Shown here: piece by piece, positions 38,638-53,300 of the stretch | How positions within the stretch are numbered: position 1 is the stretch's first letter | Layout of the letters: each line of letters begins with the position of its first letter | Assembly (NCBI RefSeq): GCF_947568905.1 | Contig: NC_079165.1 | Coordinates: 89,156,001-89,220,000, forward strand | Source of the DNA: Ostrea edulis | Lineage: Eukaryota | Length of the DNA stretch: 64,000 bases | Direction: 5' to 3' | Translations under genes and position numbers: made by a program | The notes under the pieces: generated by a model | What the model saw: the letters and a program-made list of their open reading frames with translations, nothing else | Told to the model about the DNA's origin: nothing | The model's database searches: none

Positions 38638-41600
38638 ATAATGTACATAAACGGATATATAAAACGGCTACCAGTTAATGACGATGCCTATGATGTGGAT
38701 GTAGCAGTTGGGGAAAGACACAGTAGAGATAAGACTTTAGATAGTAGAGGAAAAGAATTATTAGAATTATGTATTGCAAACAAGCTTAGAATAGCCAACG
38801 GTAGAACATTTGGTGATATATATGGGAAATTTACATGTCATAATTATGCTGGTTCCAGTGTGGTAGACTACTTCATTGTATCTGAACAGTTGTTAGAAGA
38901 TGTCTTGTATGTACATGTATCTGATTTTTTACCTTTATCTGACTGCCATTGTAAAATCTCAATGAAACTTTTATCATCATTTGAAAGGGAGTATACATGT
39001 GACAACATGCAGGAGATGCCCAAACGATACAATTGGGATAGTTTATCTATAGGAAACTTTCAAAAAATTTTCATGCATCCAACCGTTCAGAATGATATAA
39101 AGCTTTATTTAAACACACCGATAGAGTATAATGAACAAAGTATAAACAAGGCCACCAACGACATTCACAAAATCCTAAACAAAGTAGCTAAACTATCTTT
39201 ACAAAGAAAAACACAACATAGAAACACAACCAATAAAAAAGAGAAAATACTTATTTGAGAAAGCAACTTTACTTTCAAGATTTCCCAATAACCCTTACTT
39301 ACGAAGTTCCTTTTTCAAATTAAATAAGGAATATGCCAAGCTGCGGAAACGTAAAAAGCGAGAATTCAGGCAGGGTATTCTAGATAAACTAGATCAAATG
39401 AATGAAACTAATCCTAAAGAATATTGGAAATTAGTTAAATCGCTTCGCGAAAATGAAGGGAAAAAAGATAATTTAGAGAAGTGTATTGATGGGGATACAT
39501 GGTTTGACTATTTTACTTCTCTGTCTAAATTACCAGATCATTACAAGGACAGAGTTAAGACTATAGAAGCCGGAATTAATAAACTTAAAAATAGCCAGAC
39601 CTGTAAGTCGTTTAGCAAATTGGATTTCAAGATATCTTTGTCTGAAATTCAAAAGGCCATATCTACTTTAAAGTCGGGTAAAAGTCCTGGTTTAGACAAC
39701 ATCTCAAATGAAATGATAAAAGCAGCTCAAATATATATAAATCCTTGTATCTCAAAACTATTCAATATGGTCTTAACATCAGGAATCTATCCAGAAAAAT
39801 GGTTAGAAGGTTATACAACACCCATCTTTAAATCGGATAATCCAAAGCTCCCCCAAAACTATAGAGGAATAACTATAACTAACAGCATAGCGAAACTTTT
39901 TAATATCATTTTTAACGGCAGGCTTGATACATTCTTAACTGAAAACAAAATAATACACGAGAGTCAAATAGGATTTTCAAAAAAACCAGGACATTTATTT
40001 GTAGTTAAATGTTTAATTGACAAATACATTAACACTGGCAATAAACGACTCTATGCATGTTTTGTAGACTTTCACAAGGCATTTGATACCGTCATTCATG
40101 AAGGCATTAAACTAAAACTCCTACAATTAAATATCAATGGTTTATTCTACAACATATTATGTAGTATGTATAGGCACAACAATATTTTCATAAAAGTAGG
40201 GAACAAGTTAACCCTTCCATATACACCAGAGATAGTTCGTCAAGGTGATGTCTTAAGCCCAAATATTTTTGAACGATTTTTCCAAATTACTGGATGAAGA
40301 AACCATTGGCTCTATCAATCTTTCTGGAAAGAAAATCACCTCTCTTCTATATGCGGACGATTTTGTACTGCTTTCAGAAAACCAAAATGGACTACAAAAC
40401 AAACTAAACTTACTTGAAAAATATTGCAACGATTGGTGCTTAGAAATTAATACCATTAAGACAAAAGTAGTCATTTTTAATAAAAGCGGACACCTAATTA
40501 AAGAAAATTTTGTGTTCGGTAACATACGTATTGAATGTACTAACAAATATTATCCTCCTGTGGTTCATTCAAGGAAGCAAAATCTGATCTATACAATAAA
40601 GCTCTTAAGGCCTCATTCAAACTTTATAAAGACATCAAATCTATCGATCCACCAATTAAAACATTTTTGCATCTTTTTGACCATATGGTAAAACCCATCG
40701 CCTTGTATGGCTGCGAGATATGGGGAACACTCTCAACACGCATGCTGGAAAAAGACAGAGATTTATATATCTTTAAAAATTGGGAGGTAGAAAACCTGAA
40801 TATTAAGTTTTGTAAACATCTACTGGGTGCCGGTAAAAGAAGTACTAATATTGCAATAATCTCTAAATTGGGTAGATATCCTATGTTCTGCTCTATAATC
40901 CAAAGTATTTTAAAATACTATATTGGCATAGACTTGAGAATTGCCCAGAATCATCCCTGTTATACAGTGCTTACATGTATATAGAGAATATCAATCTGAA
41001 TTCATATAATATAAATTGTTGGTACAAAAACATTAATTACTTTAAGGAAAAAATTGGCATTTTGGTACCCAATTGTAAAAATCTCAAATTCTCATTTTTC
41101 AAAAAACAAATGAAGAATCAGGTACGGAAACAATTTTTACTTTACTGGTCAAAACGACGTGAAGAGGGTCAGAAATCAGGAAAACTCACAACATATTTTT
41201 CGTATAAAGAAAACTTTACTATGGAAAGTTATATATTTTTAGAATCCCTAGAATTAAGAAAAACTCTATGTAGATTTCGAATTAGTGCACATGACCTTCG
41301 AATTGAAAGAGGAAGATATGAATTTACAAAAACCAATTCTGGCCAGAAGATTTCTTTAGAAAGAAACAAAAGAATATGTGAATTATGTAACCTTAATTGT
41401 GTTGAAGATGAATTTCATTTCCTTACTGATTGTCCATTCTATGTTGAAGAGAGAAATATGTTTTTTAATGGTATATACAAGCTCAACAAAATTTTTATCT
41501 ATCTAACAAATAAGGACAAATTTACTTGGTTGATGATTAATGAAGACAAACCAGTAATTGTCAAATTGAGTGAATATTTAGTGCAAACTTTCAGAAAAAG

Positions 41601-41869
41601 AAGTAATGCTTTAAAACTGCAAAAATAATTATAGTTTATTATTCATATATTGGTATGATACTGATACTGTCCATCTACTTGTATATATACATGATTATAG
41701 CAATTCATATATGTATGTACTTGTTTCCCCAACATGCTGCATCCACATGCAGTCTATGTAACCTGTAGTTAATGTTGTAAACTTTCTTTCTTTTTTGAAT
41801 TTCCTTCTTTATAAACTGTCTTACTGTTATGCCCTCTGGGACCAAAATTGGAATAAACTTATCTTATCT
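38638..41869 (+). mobile_element. 5'-truncated, frameshifted non-LTR retrotransposon (APE endonuclease C-terminus, RT, C-terminal Cys/His motif); clade not determined (RTE-X or L2/CR1-type candidates)
   Basis: GSSVVDYFIVS (APE); YRGITI, QIGF, FVDFHKAFD, RQGDVLSP, YADD (RT); RFRISAHDLRIERGRY...CELC...EDEFHFLTDC; AATAAA plus TTATC tail. ORF split into five pieces. Confidence 0.95.
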
Positions 41870-41884
41870 GTATGCACTTCGTGT

Positions 41885-42050
41885 ATTCAGAAAACAATTT
41901 TTTTTTACTTCATGTTTCTTTTATAATGTGCAAAAGCGTGTGTTGCACTGGTCACAAACGAAGACAGTTTCTCTGATTGATGTTTCCTTTTTACATGCCT
42001 ACGAAATTCAGAATTGGTCTTGAATTCCTCACCACCAATTTCGCACATTC
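41885..42050 (-). pseudogene. Decayed C2H2 zinc-finger fragment
   Basis: CEIGGEEFKTNSEFRRHVKRKH, then after a frameshift FVCDQCNTRFCTL*KKH. Confidence 0.45.
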
Positions 42051-43746
42051 GAAGTGTACTCATCTCATGGAATGAAGTTCTAGGGCTTGATACCATATGC
42101 CACTGATTTTCACAAACAAATGGTCAAATCATATAGAGTTTACCCTCCATAATAATGCCAACTACCTAACACCCAATGGTAGTCACACCTAGCTGTACTT
42201 CGAGAGCAGTGGAGTGAAGTGTGACAGGCTGGTCAAGATATCCCGGTGGTCAGATTAATTACAATAATTAAACTCAAGATTATCTAAATGTTTATACAGA
42301 AAGGAGCCCAAATAAATTTACAGAATTGAATTTCTTTTGACTGCTCAGTCAATTGTCAGTAATGAATTCGTTATATTGCCATCCCTGCCTTATATTGCTC
42401 AAATTGGTCTTGATCATTTTTCTCTTCCGCTGCGGTCACATGTAAAGATGCGCGCTCAGTACGATCATATGCAAATTTTACCTTCCGAAGAGTGCCGAGA
42501 ATTAACTGAGTTGTATTAATAGGTATTGAATTTGAGGACTTCACGATGTTTTGGGATTCACATGCTTAAAACATAGATATTATATAATCTAATCATATAA
42601 TTACAAGCAAAGTTATTACCGTAAATCAGACTTAATAATTTATGCTGAAGCGGTACATATGTATCTTTAAAGTTGCCAATATATAGATGGTGCACTGTAT
42701 AGCTGTATATGATTAAAATCACTATACAATACAGGACTTAAATAGAGAAAACACACATTTAGAACCTTAGTTTATCCATTGTTTGATTATACGAAGATAC
42801 TTGTGTAAGCAGTTTCAAATTTTATTTCGTGCACGTGTCGAGGTATATACCATCCCGGTTAATGGGATTTAACCGATCTCAATATGTCCCAGTAACTGGT
42901 TGGACACATCCGCACGGAATACAATATGTCTCTTTTATTGATTGAAACAGTCATTTATCATGTTTATTATACTGTGTTTGTGTTTATATATATAAATTAT
43001 CTACACCCACCTTATCATTAACGGTGTGTTCTACGTGAGAATTTTGTGATTATAATTCATATGAATAATTATATTAAATTTATATTCATAAAAAATATGA
43101 GTTGTCTTTCTTCACGATTTGAAATATGGTGGAATGATATCTACTCGATATAATGAATAAAGGTATGCCTATGACAAAATGAACCCGTGCGTATCACAGA
43201 CATCTTAAGTATGGGTACTACCCCCCCCCCCCCCCCCCCCCCCCCCTTAATTCAATTCAATTATTTATTGATTCACCAAGCATGTTGGCATACAATCATG
43301 TTACACAATATGAAATAGGGCCTATATAATGACAATAAACTAATTACTAACAGTTTATTTACATATCTGTAAATACAAGTATATACCGTGATATTAGACT
43401 ATGTGTGCAATTTAGTATTGCATATTACGTAACTGTAGTTATAGCACTCTACTTTTGGTGCGCAATTCAAAACATTCATGTAAAAATTCACAAAACCTTC
43501 TAGCATGAACTACATTGACAGGGTTGCTTAGTACTTTACAATGGTTTTCCTTTGATATATCATAGTCTGAATTGTAGATGTTCAAAGGGTAATATTTCTT
43601 TCTTATATCTTTCTACATGAAGCAGTCATATAAAAAATGTAACTCATCTTTAATGAACCCGTGTGTACCACAGGCATCTGGAGTATGGGTACTAATCCCC
43701 CCCCCCCTTTTGATGATTCCCTGTCTATCTCAACTCTTGATTTATG

Positions 43747-43950
43747 CAAGAGTTGGTCGGCCAATGTTATCTTGGAGAGAGCTGACGGAGAAAGATCGAA
43801 GAGTATGGAAGCTCTCAACTGCCAACCCTCATGACCGGAAAGAATGGAGATCTGAGGCGAGATCTGCCATGCATGCAGCCAGCCAGCCAGCCAGATACCT
43901 GGAAGGGGGCCCACTAGTATTGACACTACCCGTGATACTGCACGGAAATA
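43747..43950 (+). mobile_element. C-terminal fragment of an RTE-type LINE ORF
   Basis: GRPMLSWRELTEKDRRVWKLSTANPHDRKEWRS matches the recalled RTE C-terminal GRP..W...D......A.DR..WR motif. Confidence 0.6.
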
Positions 43951-44139
43951 AAAAGGAACCGACAACAATCGCTCCCCCCCCCCCCCCCCCCCCAGCTTTA
44001 AAGATTGGCCTTCTACCCGTATGATAAAATGTATTGAATGAATTCACATATCACATGATGATACCAATATGACAAACAAGATAATATACCTTTTATTATA
44101 CCAGTAGAAGGCCAATCTTAAAAATGAGCTGAAAAATTA

Positions 44140-44470
44140 AGATGCACGCTGCTGCTTTTCACGATACACATTGTGCACATCTTTTCATGATAAATACTGC
44201 TTTTCATGATGCAATGCTTTTCGGAAATACACATTGTGCACAGCTTTCAAGATACACATGCACTGCAGCTTTACATGATACAGTGAACAGCTTTTCACAA
44301 AACAATGAAGCTTTACATATGATACACACTAGCTATTTCATGATACACAGTGCAGCTTCTCACAATAGTGCACATCTTTTTGTGATACACAGTGCCTTTT
44401 ATGATACACATTGCTTTTCACAAGGCATTGTGCACAGCTTTTCATGATACACAATGCAGCTTTTTATTAT
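44140..44470. repeat. Degenerate minisatellite (GCTTTTCATGATACAC core)
   Basis: Repeated ttttcatgatacac/attgtgcaca motifs. Confidence 0.7.
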
Positions 44471-45574
44471 CCATACTCACATCACAATTAAAGATATCTT
44501 CTACAGAAGTCAAAACAAAAGACATGCATACTCAATAATTAATTTAATTTTCAATGGTCATGTTTCCAAGGATAAATTTTCCAACAAATCATTGACAATA
44601 AATTTCCTCTGAATATCTAACATACAAATAAATATTAAATAACAATAAAGTTAACCAAAAAGTATATATAGCCTCAATTACAGCTAGCCCCAAGCGAAAA
44701 AATTTTCAATTTTGAACCAAGCCCAATCGGAATTTAAAAAAAAAATTGTCATCGAGAACATTGTAATCAGAAAACTGCATTTTGTTGATGTAGGTTTACA
44801 AATTAAATGAATTTATAAAGAAAACTAATTTCTTGATGAAAAATGCAAACAATTAGCATCAAATCACTTAGAAATTTGGACTTTAGAACATCTTATTTGC
44901 AAACAAAACACCTTTTTTTATCATTCCGGGGGAAAATAAAAATTCATATAAAATAATTAGGATCTTGTGTCACTCTTTCGATGGTGAAATCATGCTTCAT
45001 ATGAAGTGCTTAAACAAGCCAGTAATTAATATTTTACTGTAATGAGCAAAGTGAAATTGGCAAAGTGGTTCTGAAGAAGATGTGAAAAGTGGATAAAGAG
45101 AAGACAACATACAAAATTCACTGAGGGCTTATGCAAGCTAAAAAACCCTGCCAACATTCAAAATTAAAATAATTGAAAGTCTAAGAATAAAAAAGTACTT
45201 TGGTTGCAAATAAAACAAATATTCACATAATATCCCAATACTTTTGTTTTCTGAATCATTTGTAAAGAGAATTGCATACATGTATGTCCTAAAAAGGACA
45301 TAAAAGTGCAAGGTGGATCTTATAATGAATTCGATACAATAATAATTCAATTACTAACCATATTGACAATAATGTTTAAATGAACTAATCAGAGATTTTA
45401 TATAAAATCCATCGCTTTTATGTAGTAGTGGCCAAGGTGAATATGAAATCAATTTATCTTGACGATATACATATATCTATACAACACAAATACACGTATC
45501 ATCTAAACCAAATAACAGTTAAGTCAAACAAATACAGCCTATTTTCTACAAACACACACAACAGCCTATACAAA

Positions 45575-45965
45575 ATATCGTTCACCTGAGCAGCAGTCCC
45601 TAGCAATAAACAAGCTTGAGCAAAACTACCATTATACAGTACAGGCAGCTTGGTTCAGGAATAACTTTTCAAACAACTGAAAATTCATTAATTATCAAAC
45701 TTAATTATTAAACCTGACAACAAATTCATTAATTAACATATGCCCAGTGGTTCTGGAGAAGATTTCCTCTATATTGGCATGTAAAACTTTGATCCCCTAT
45801 TGTTACACCACCTTACCCCCAAGGGGCCATGATCTGAACAAATTTTAATCTACTCTGCTTTCATATTCTAGCCCAGTGATTCTTGAGAAAAAGATTTTCT
45901 TTACATATTCGCATTGATCCCCAATTGTGGCTTCAACATACCTTCAGCTCAGGTGAACCAAAAAA
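45575..45965. mobile_element. HINE-like repeat with Cg170-like internal units
   Basis: CCCCAAGGGGCCATGATCTGAACAAA unit; TTCAGCTCAGGTGA..AAAAA end, also seen at about 57080-57100. Confidence 0.55.
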
Positions 45966-46058
45966 TGTACAGACTCTATATTAACCCAAGCATCCATATC
46001 TTTAAACAATTAACCTTCATTTCAACAAACATAAATTCCCTTCACCCACATATGTTAA

Positions 46059-46885
46059 TGGGGCATGGACACAATTTTAGATAAAAAATTACAAAATTTG
46101 TTTTTTCAGTTTTAATGTATAGAATGTTGCAATAAGTTATTTCTAATGGTCAGCAAATATTTGAATGTCAGTTCTCGAGGTACATGGGAGATACAGAGCT
46201 CACAATTCTTTGTTAAGTAAACCAGGCTCGTGCCATGTTTGTCTACATACATGTAGGTTAAATATACTAGTAAAAATTTCGTTTAAGGTGGCTCACTTCA
46301 GCCAGAAACAGTTTCTCAAATCAGTACGAATTGATTTAATTATAAGATATACAATAAGTATATATGCCAAAAAGACAAAAAATATACAAATTTGGATTAA
46401 AAAAAAAATTAAAAAAATTATTTCAACACATATGAACAAAAGACTGCAGGATTTGAACTTGAGATCTGCAGTTCACCAGCCCAATGCTTTAACTACTGAG
46501 CTACAATGATAGACAAACACATCAATCGATACAAATAATTTCACAAAACATTTAAATCGCCATCTTGTAACGTGGTGTTATACAGAGTATAAGCTTTAGT
46601 GTAGTGAGTTACCATATAGAAATTTTTCAAATTACAAGTCAATTCTAAATATAATTATAAAACAGTTTCTAGTGTTTGACACATCTCATTTTGTTTTAAA
46701 CATATTTTCTAGTGGGCAATTTCAATGTATACAAAAATTTGTAAATGCTGTATCTCACTTGTAACTCAACAACTGATATTCAAATCTTGGTTGACAATTA
46801 GACATACTTCAATTAAGCATTGTAAACAATACAAATGGGAAAATGACATTTGAAATTTTTCTGCTAACATCCTGTCCATGCCCCT
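46059..46885. mobile_element. TTAA-flanked MITE (GGGGCATGGACAC...GTCCATGCCCC) with a nested element at about 46285-46612
   Basis: TIRs and TTAA on both sides; related copy at 47751-48605. Confidence 0.7.
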
Positions 46886-46918
46886 TTAAAAACGGGTACA
46901 ATGATTGTTGGGAAGAAT

Positions 46919-47362
46919 GACAAGAGGCCCACGGGTTTAGTTTTCATACAGTATCGGCAAACTTATACATAAATACTATATACTAAGTTTGGCCCCATTT
47001 TACATTTTATATCCCCTTGTTCCAAAGATGCTTCATACCAAATTTGAATAGAATTGGAATGATAGTTATCATGAAGAAGTTAAAAATATATATTGCTCAC
47101 ATTTAATAACTGACCAAATTGGCCCCAAAACCCTTACACCTGGGATCATCAAATTTACAATTTTGGTATAGGAATACATGCTCTATCTAAATATCCATTT
47201 AGTTTCAATAGCAATAATTTCCGGTCTCCTTCACCTACAGATGCTACATACCAAATTTAGTCAAGATTGGCCCAGTAGTTTCTGGGATGAAGTTGTTAAC
47301 GGACGAAGCCAGACGCAGAGCAATAGCAATAGGTCACCTGAGTGAATCAGGTGACATAAAAA
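46919..47362. mobile_element. HINE-like repeat
   Basis: ACAAGAGGCCCAC start; terminal hairpin GTCACCTGAGTGAATCAGGTGAC. Confidence 0.6.
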
Positions 47363-47750
47363 ATATGATGTAGTCCACATGTGGACTAAAGTACCAAAAT
47401 TTTCAAATTTTTAATTAAATCTATTCTTTACAGCAAGTCCTTTATCAAAGGATGTTATATTAAACAATGAGAGTAAAGTGGACCTTTCTAAAATACCCAA
47501 ACTGAAAAGGAAAATCAGGGGAGTTCCACGGCAATGTATGTATTCCCATAAGAATTTCTGATGGAAACATTTTTTGAATTTAATTCATTACATGCTAAAA
47601 TGACATTCCCATCATACCTTTCTATACACTTATAGCCAAGAGAGAGTGCAAAAACAAGAATGAGGGGGATAACACCATGCACATCAATGCTGCAGCAGAT
47701 TGTCAACTTGAACAAATTGCAACAGTACCTAGCTCTTTTGAGGTTAGTAA

Positions 47751-48605
47751 ACGGGCATGGACACAATTCGAGCTGAAAATTTTCAAATTTTACTTTTTCA
47801 TTTTTAATGTTTACAATGCTTAACTAAGCTATTTCTAATTACTTTTTGTACATAATTACTTTAAAGCAGATTAATAAAATTTTAAAGTTATTAACTTTCC
47901 CTTAATGCTTGAAAACATTTGCATGCAAAAGAAAACAGTGAAAAGATTATTTAAAAAGTAAATGGTTGGGAATCCCAACATGAGGTATAAAAATATAATA
48001 AAGACAACTGTCTAAATGGCTGAAAAAGCATGAAATAATGAATTACTGAGGTATTTGATATTTCATTTGTCTTAAACTTATGGCACGGTACTGTTGTAAC
48101 CAAATACATAGCTTTACACAGATAAGATCACCGATGATCTAAAAGTCTGAACTGGTCACGTGACCAACTTAAATTGGCCGAGTGAATATTGTTTGTAAAC
48201 ACTGACTTAAAATCACATAATTCTAGTTAAAACAGGTGAAGTAACGTATGACATGCCGTAAAGCCTCATAAATAAGTACGTGCAATGATTTAACAATGTT
48301 TTTACAAGGCAGAAAAAAATTGTCGAAATTCAGACCATACAACTTTTAAAATACTAGAAATTTTTTTAAAGCTGATTTTTCAAATTACATGTTAATTCTG
48401 ATCACAATTAAACAGTTTCTAGTGTTTGTCATATCTCATTTTGCTTCAAACATATTTATGCAAACAATTTTTGTTCTGTTTCTTCTTATTTTTGCAGTAC
48501 TTTTACCTTTAATATACATGTATATATAGTTAAGCATTGTAAACAGTAAAACTAACTGGGAAAACAAATTGTAAAAAATTTAGAGCACACTGTGTCCATG
48601 CCCCT
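47751..48605. mobile_element. Second GGGCATGGACAC-TIR MITE
   Basis: Inverted termini; internal similarity to 46059-46885. Confidence 0.65.
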
Positions 48606-49133
48606 TTCAAATATGTACAATGGTACCTTTAAAGATCACCATCAAATGTACATTGCCAAATGGCTACGTACTCCTTTAAAATATATATTTGAAGATCCTT
48701 ATCTTATTCAGTTACAATCCTATCATGTTTGCAGAACATTCTGGCAAAACGGTTCCCTTTTCAAAAAACCTTTTCTAATCAATTTTTTTTCTATTTCACA
48801 GAGCTATTCAACACCACTTCAAAGCTACATGCAGCAGCTGCTGATATACAAAGGATTTACCCCTATTGGCAGCTATTTCAATAAATTTGTATTGAGAGAA
48901 TTTGCACAAGAAGATAAAAAACTTGAGGTACACAAGCTCTTTGAAACAGACAAAATTTAAAGATATGTACAAGCAAATACAAAATTCAACCAAACTTAAA
49001 ATCATTTACATGTAAGTATTTCAAGTTACTTTAATTTTTTTTTTTTTTACATTTACACAAAGCAAAAATTTTAACGAATGAGTATATATAATATATAGTG
49101 CTAACACAATATATAATGTGCTATGTATTACAG

Positions 49134-49919
49134 TTGGTGAAAGAAAATGCAGTAATGTAATGTGTACTGGTGTACTACGGTATGATGGACTGGAGCATTG
49201 CATATTCCATACAAGCCACACTCTCATCGCTTATGAAGTCCTATTTGGGTTTATGGACTTGTTCACCCGAAACAGGTGGTTATTTCTATGTCGACAGTCC
49301 ATATATAGTACATGAATGAATAAGAGTAGGAGTTACATGTAACTATGAGAGTATTTTTAGATAATATTCAGCACATTTGTCAATTACCTTAAGCAACACC
49401 ACCACCACCCACTCCCTGGAATTTTGGACAAAGAAATAAAAATGTCTGTAACTCTAGTGGATATCGAATGATAAACTGATGTACAATACTAGGACACTGG
49501 AAAATTGTGTATATGTCACGCATAACAACAATACTTTCCACATTTTTTTTATGTTTTAAATTCTACCATCCATTTCTAAATGTGAAAAAGTTTAACATGT
49601 TAACTTTTTTTTAACGTTTAAATAGAACAACTCTATACACATACTTCTTGTCACTGAAAGACAACCATGAGAGGGGAAATGACAAGAAGTTCCAGCAAAC
49701 CTTTTCATATGCACATTTCAAATTTGCATGGTATGGCTTCTTGGAGAAGCTCTGCTCCACCATCAATTTTGAGGAGGGATTCAGATGTATACAATGTGGG
49801 TCAGCACCAGATAGATTGATTATGGATGCCACCACATTAGCCCACAGAAAAAATTTAAAAACCTGGACCAACAACCTACAACAGATGGCATCTGATAATG
49901 TATTGCACATTCCGTACAG
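49134..49919 (+). pseudogene. Two in-phase exons of a cysteine-cluster protein resembling KDZ-transposon/HMGXB3-associated CxC proteins; truncated
   Basis: Exons 49134-49275 and 49626-49919: GERKCSNVMCTGVLRYDGLEHCIFHTSHTLIAYEVL...FRCIQCGSAPDRLIMDATTLAHRK. No intact downstream exon found. Confidence 0.55.
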
Positions 49920-50380
49920 GTATGTGACTTTGTATAGCAATAGATGATGATTCACTTACACATGATTTCATTCCGACAATACACAAACATCTACAACTGG
50001 CAATGAAGCATTGTATAAAGTTTCAAGTCTATCTGATATGTTATATTGGATGAGAAGCAATCACAAGACTTTGTGATAGACAAACGGTAAAATGGCCTTA
50101 CATACTAGTGTTGTGTTTTGAACTTCAAAATTATTTTTTTAATTTTCAAGGAAAGAGCGATTTCGCTCCAATAACAAAAACTTCCAAACACACGTTTTTG
50201 ACTGATTTCTAAATTATTTTTTCCTATCAACATTCCATTAATATCAATCATATAGCAGGTTTCTTAGAACCATGTCCAATACTTTTAAGCGATAAGGCTG
50301 TATAAATGTTTAAAACTATACAAATTTAAGACCCTCACATACTGTCATTGTTTTGCTATAAAGATTTGCATTTTACTTAC

Positions 50381-53300
50381 ACTTTCAATGATGCCCCCTC
50401 ATTTTCATATCGTCCATTCATGGAACAGAGAAAGTAAATGGACCGTGACTCTGCACATAACACAGCCAAATACCAATGAACCCTATAAATGTTTGACATA
50501 TTAAATATAACATTAAGGATAGACTGGGAAGTGGCATATGAAAAAGATATTTCTTCATCAAAATATGTGCACCTTTACTAACATAACTGCCTATTATGAA
50601 ACTACATACATCTACATACAATGATAATCAATATTATAGGGGTACGTGTTTGCCCTGTTCTTGACTTTGCATTCTTTATAGGATTTGTGAGATTGATCAA
50701 TTTACTTTTCACACATGTACATAAATAACCATATTTGATTTTCAGATTCACTATACACTGTACATTCAGCTGAAGAATTTTTCTAATATTTTCACTCAAA
50801 TGCTTTCATTTCCACGGACAACTCCTACTGTATAAAATTGTTACAAATACGAAATAACTGTAATACATGTTACTGATTGGTACAATGAGGATGGCTCCTT
50901 TCTCTAAATCCACATCTAAAGCAGCAAGGACATTTTCCACCCCCAAGTAATTACATCCTGTCATGTCCAGGGGTCTACGGTTGCTGTTATCAATAAAATC
51001 AGACTATGCATGTATTAAATTTTCTTTTCAATATTCAGAGAATAATATTTCTTAATAGCTATATGTGACATTAAAACATAGGCCCAAATATTAGTGCTAC
51101 CTGACAAAAGACTCAGGAGACCCTGATTAAAATCCCAAACTAGATTATCATATTTTGTCTTATCCTGCAGAGTTCATTCTCAAATATAATTCATATAATT
51201 ACAAAGTTTGAGATTATATTTTCTTATATCATTTGTACATGAGCAAACGTATTTGTGTAAAGTAATCCCCATTCTTAACGGGTAATCAAAAAAGTATATG
51301 TAAGACAAGAAGGCTTCTGGCACATGGTTTTCAATTTTGGGTATTCTTAGAATATGTGCTACATAATACTTATAACAACTTACAGCTTTCCTTTGACAAG
51401 CAATTTCTGTGCAAAGAATGTTTCTAAGATGTACACATTCTTTGAGGGGATTTGTTCTTTCATTCTTCTACAAATCAAACAATACAATAAGAGGAGTTCT
51501 ACAGATTTAAACTAGATGTCATCATAAGACAGTAATAATTACATGCAAGTCTTTGCTTTTTAATGAATATAGTTACCATATAATATACAGTACACTAAAC
51601 CATATATATTCCTGATGCATAAATCAAGATGCATTGAGTATTCTGTTGAGCAAGTGTCCAAGGGCCATCCCAACCCCCATAATTTTCTGATTAATGGTTC
51701 AGATTCCAACCCCTAAAGTAAATATATTCCTGTTGGATGTGACACAATGCAGTAAGTAGGACAACAGACACTATAAACTGCACTTTGTGCATTGAGAAAA
51801 AGATGGAGAAAAGATTCAACATTGATATGACCAACATCATTCTTGTACATACTGAAGTACCTGTAGGAAAGTGAAACATACCCTTGTACATGAAAAAAAG
51901 AAGCTATAAAACACTCCACTTTGATCCAAAGTAAAATATAGGAATATATCAGATCCCTGGATAAGAACAATGTCAAGATGATTAAATGATAATGAAGTAT
52001 TGTACAAAATTTTAAGTAAATCGGATAACCCATATAGGAGAAGTGTTCACAAGCTATTTTACACCATTCATCTTTCCTAGATCCACTAAAATTTAAGGAT
52101 AACAATGGAATAACCTTGTTCTGACAATATGCACATCTACAAATGTCAATGAAGCATTGTACAAAGTTTCATGTCTATCTGATAAACCATACAAGATAAG
52201 CGTTCACTAGATTTTGGACAGAAACAAAAAGTACTTTGGGAATCATTTTGAATGTCCAATAGATCCGTGACTCATATTATTACCTTGCTACAACATCTAT
52301 AACAGCATCTGTCAGCCACCTCATAGGGTTGAGTGACCGGATGTCAACTTCATATAAGTCAATCCCCATTTCTACTCTATGACTACAAGTAAAACAATCA
52401 TCTACATGTATATATTAAGTAATTTATCTATCATATAAAACTGATTCATTGTTTTGTGAAATGAGATGGTTTAGCATCTTATCTTTTATATATGTACATG
52501 CATACTCCACACATTTCATTTTGTATTTGTAGATCTTAGAGATGTAAAGATTACCCATGTCATCTGTTTAGTGTTGCAGTTGCATCCAATAACACTGGTT
52601 CTCAATGTTATGGCAGAGGATTTTCAAATCATTCCATAAAGTATTCCTTATTATGGAGTTTTTACTGAATCATCAACATGAATATTATGATACAGCAAAG
52701 CAATCAGAGAGAGATTTCAGTTAATCCAAATCTAACTTAGGAAAAAATAGGAATTCATAACCATCAAAATGAATTGAAAAAAAACCCAACAACAACAAAT
52801 AAATGTGAAGGAAGTATTTGAAAGCAACTAAAAAACTCAAAACAATATAGAAACACCCAGAAAGATCCTCACACTCTTTTCTCCATTCCTGGGAGTCTGT
52901 ATCTCTCCAACTCAATCACAGGTTTGCTGGCACTTTTATATCCTTTAATAAGTATATGATTTTTATCATTCAAACTGCATCTGAGTGAAGTGCATATCAT
53001 TAGAATAACACTTAGACATGTTAAAAGAGGTTAGTAAAAGCAGAGAGTAAGTATGCAGTCAATATGCATATTGTTTTTCCTTCCCTGTTCTACTTGGTTC
53101 TTCATCTGCTGTAGTACGGTAAACAAAAGAACTATTTCATTGCAAACATGTATGCATAACAAAAAATTTGCAAACGAAATGGCACTTTTGATAAAGAAAA
53201 CAATCACCTGCAATCGTGGAAACTGGCACAGACAAATTGAAATGACCATCTATGGAGAAAATGGTCAAAGTAGTTCTTGCAGAGTGCAGGCAAGGACAGG

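Noticed and set aside
47636-48930. Further upstream exons of the CxC-type gene
   Set aside because: Splice-like boundaries exist at 47636-47742 and about 48800-48928, but phases and stops do not join cleanly.
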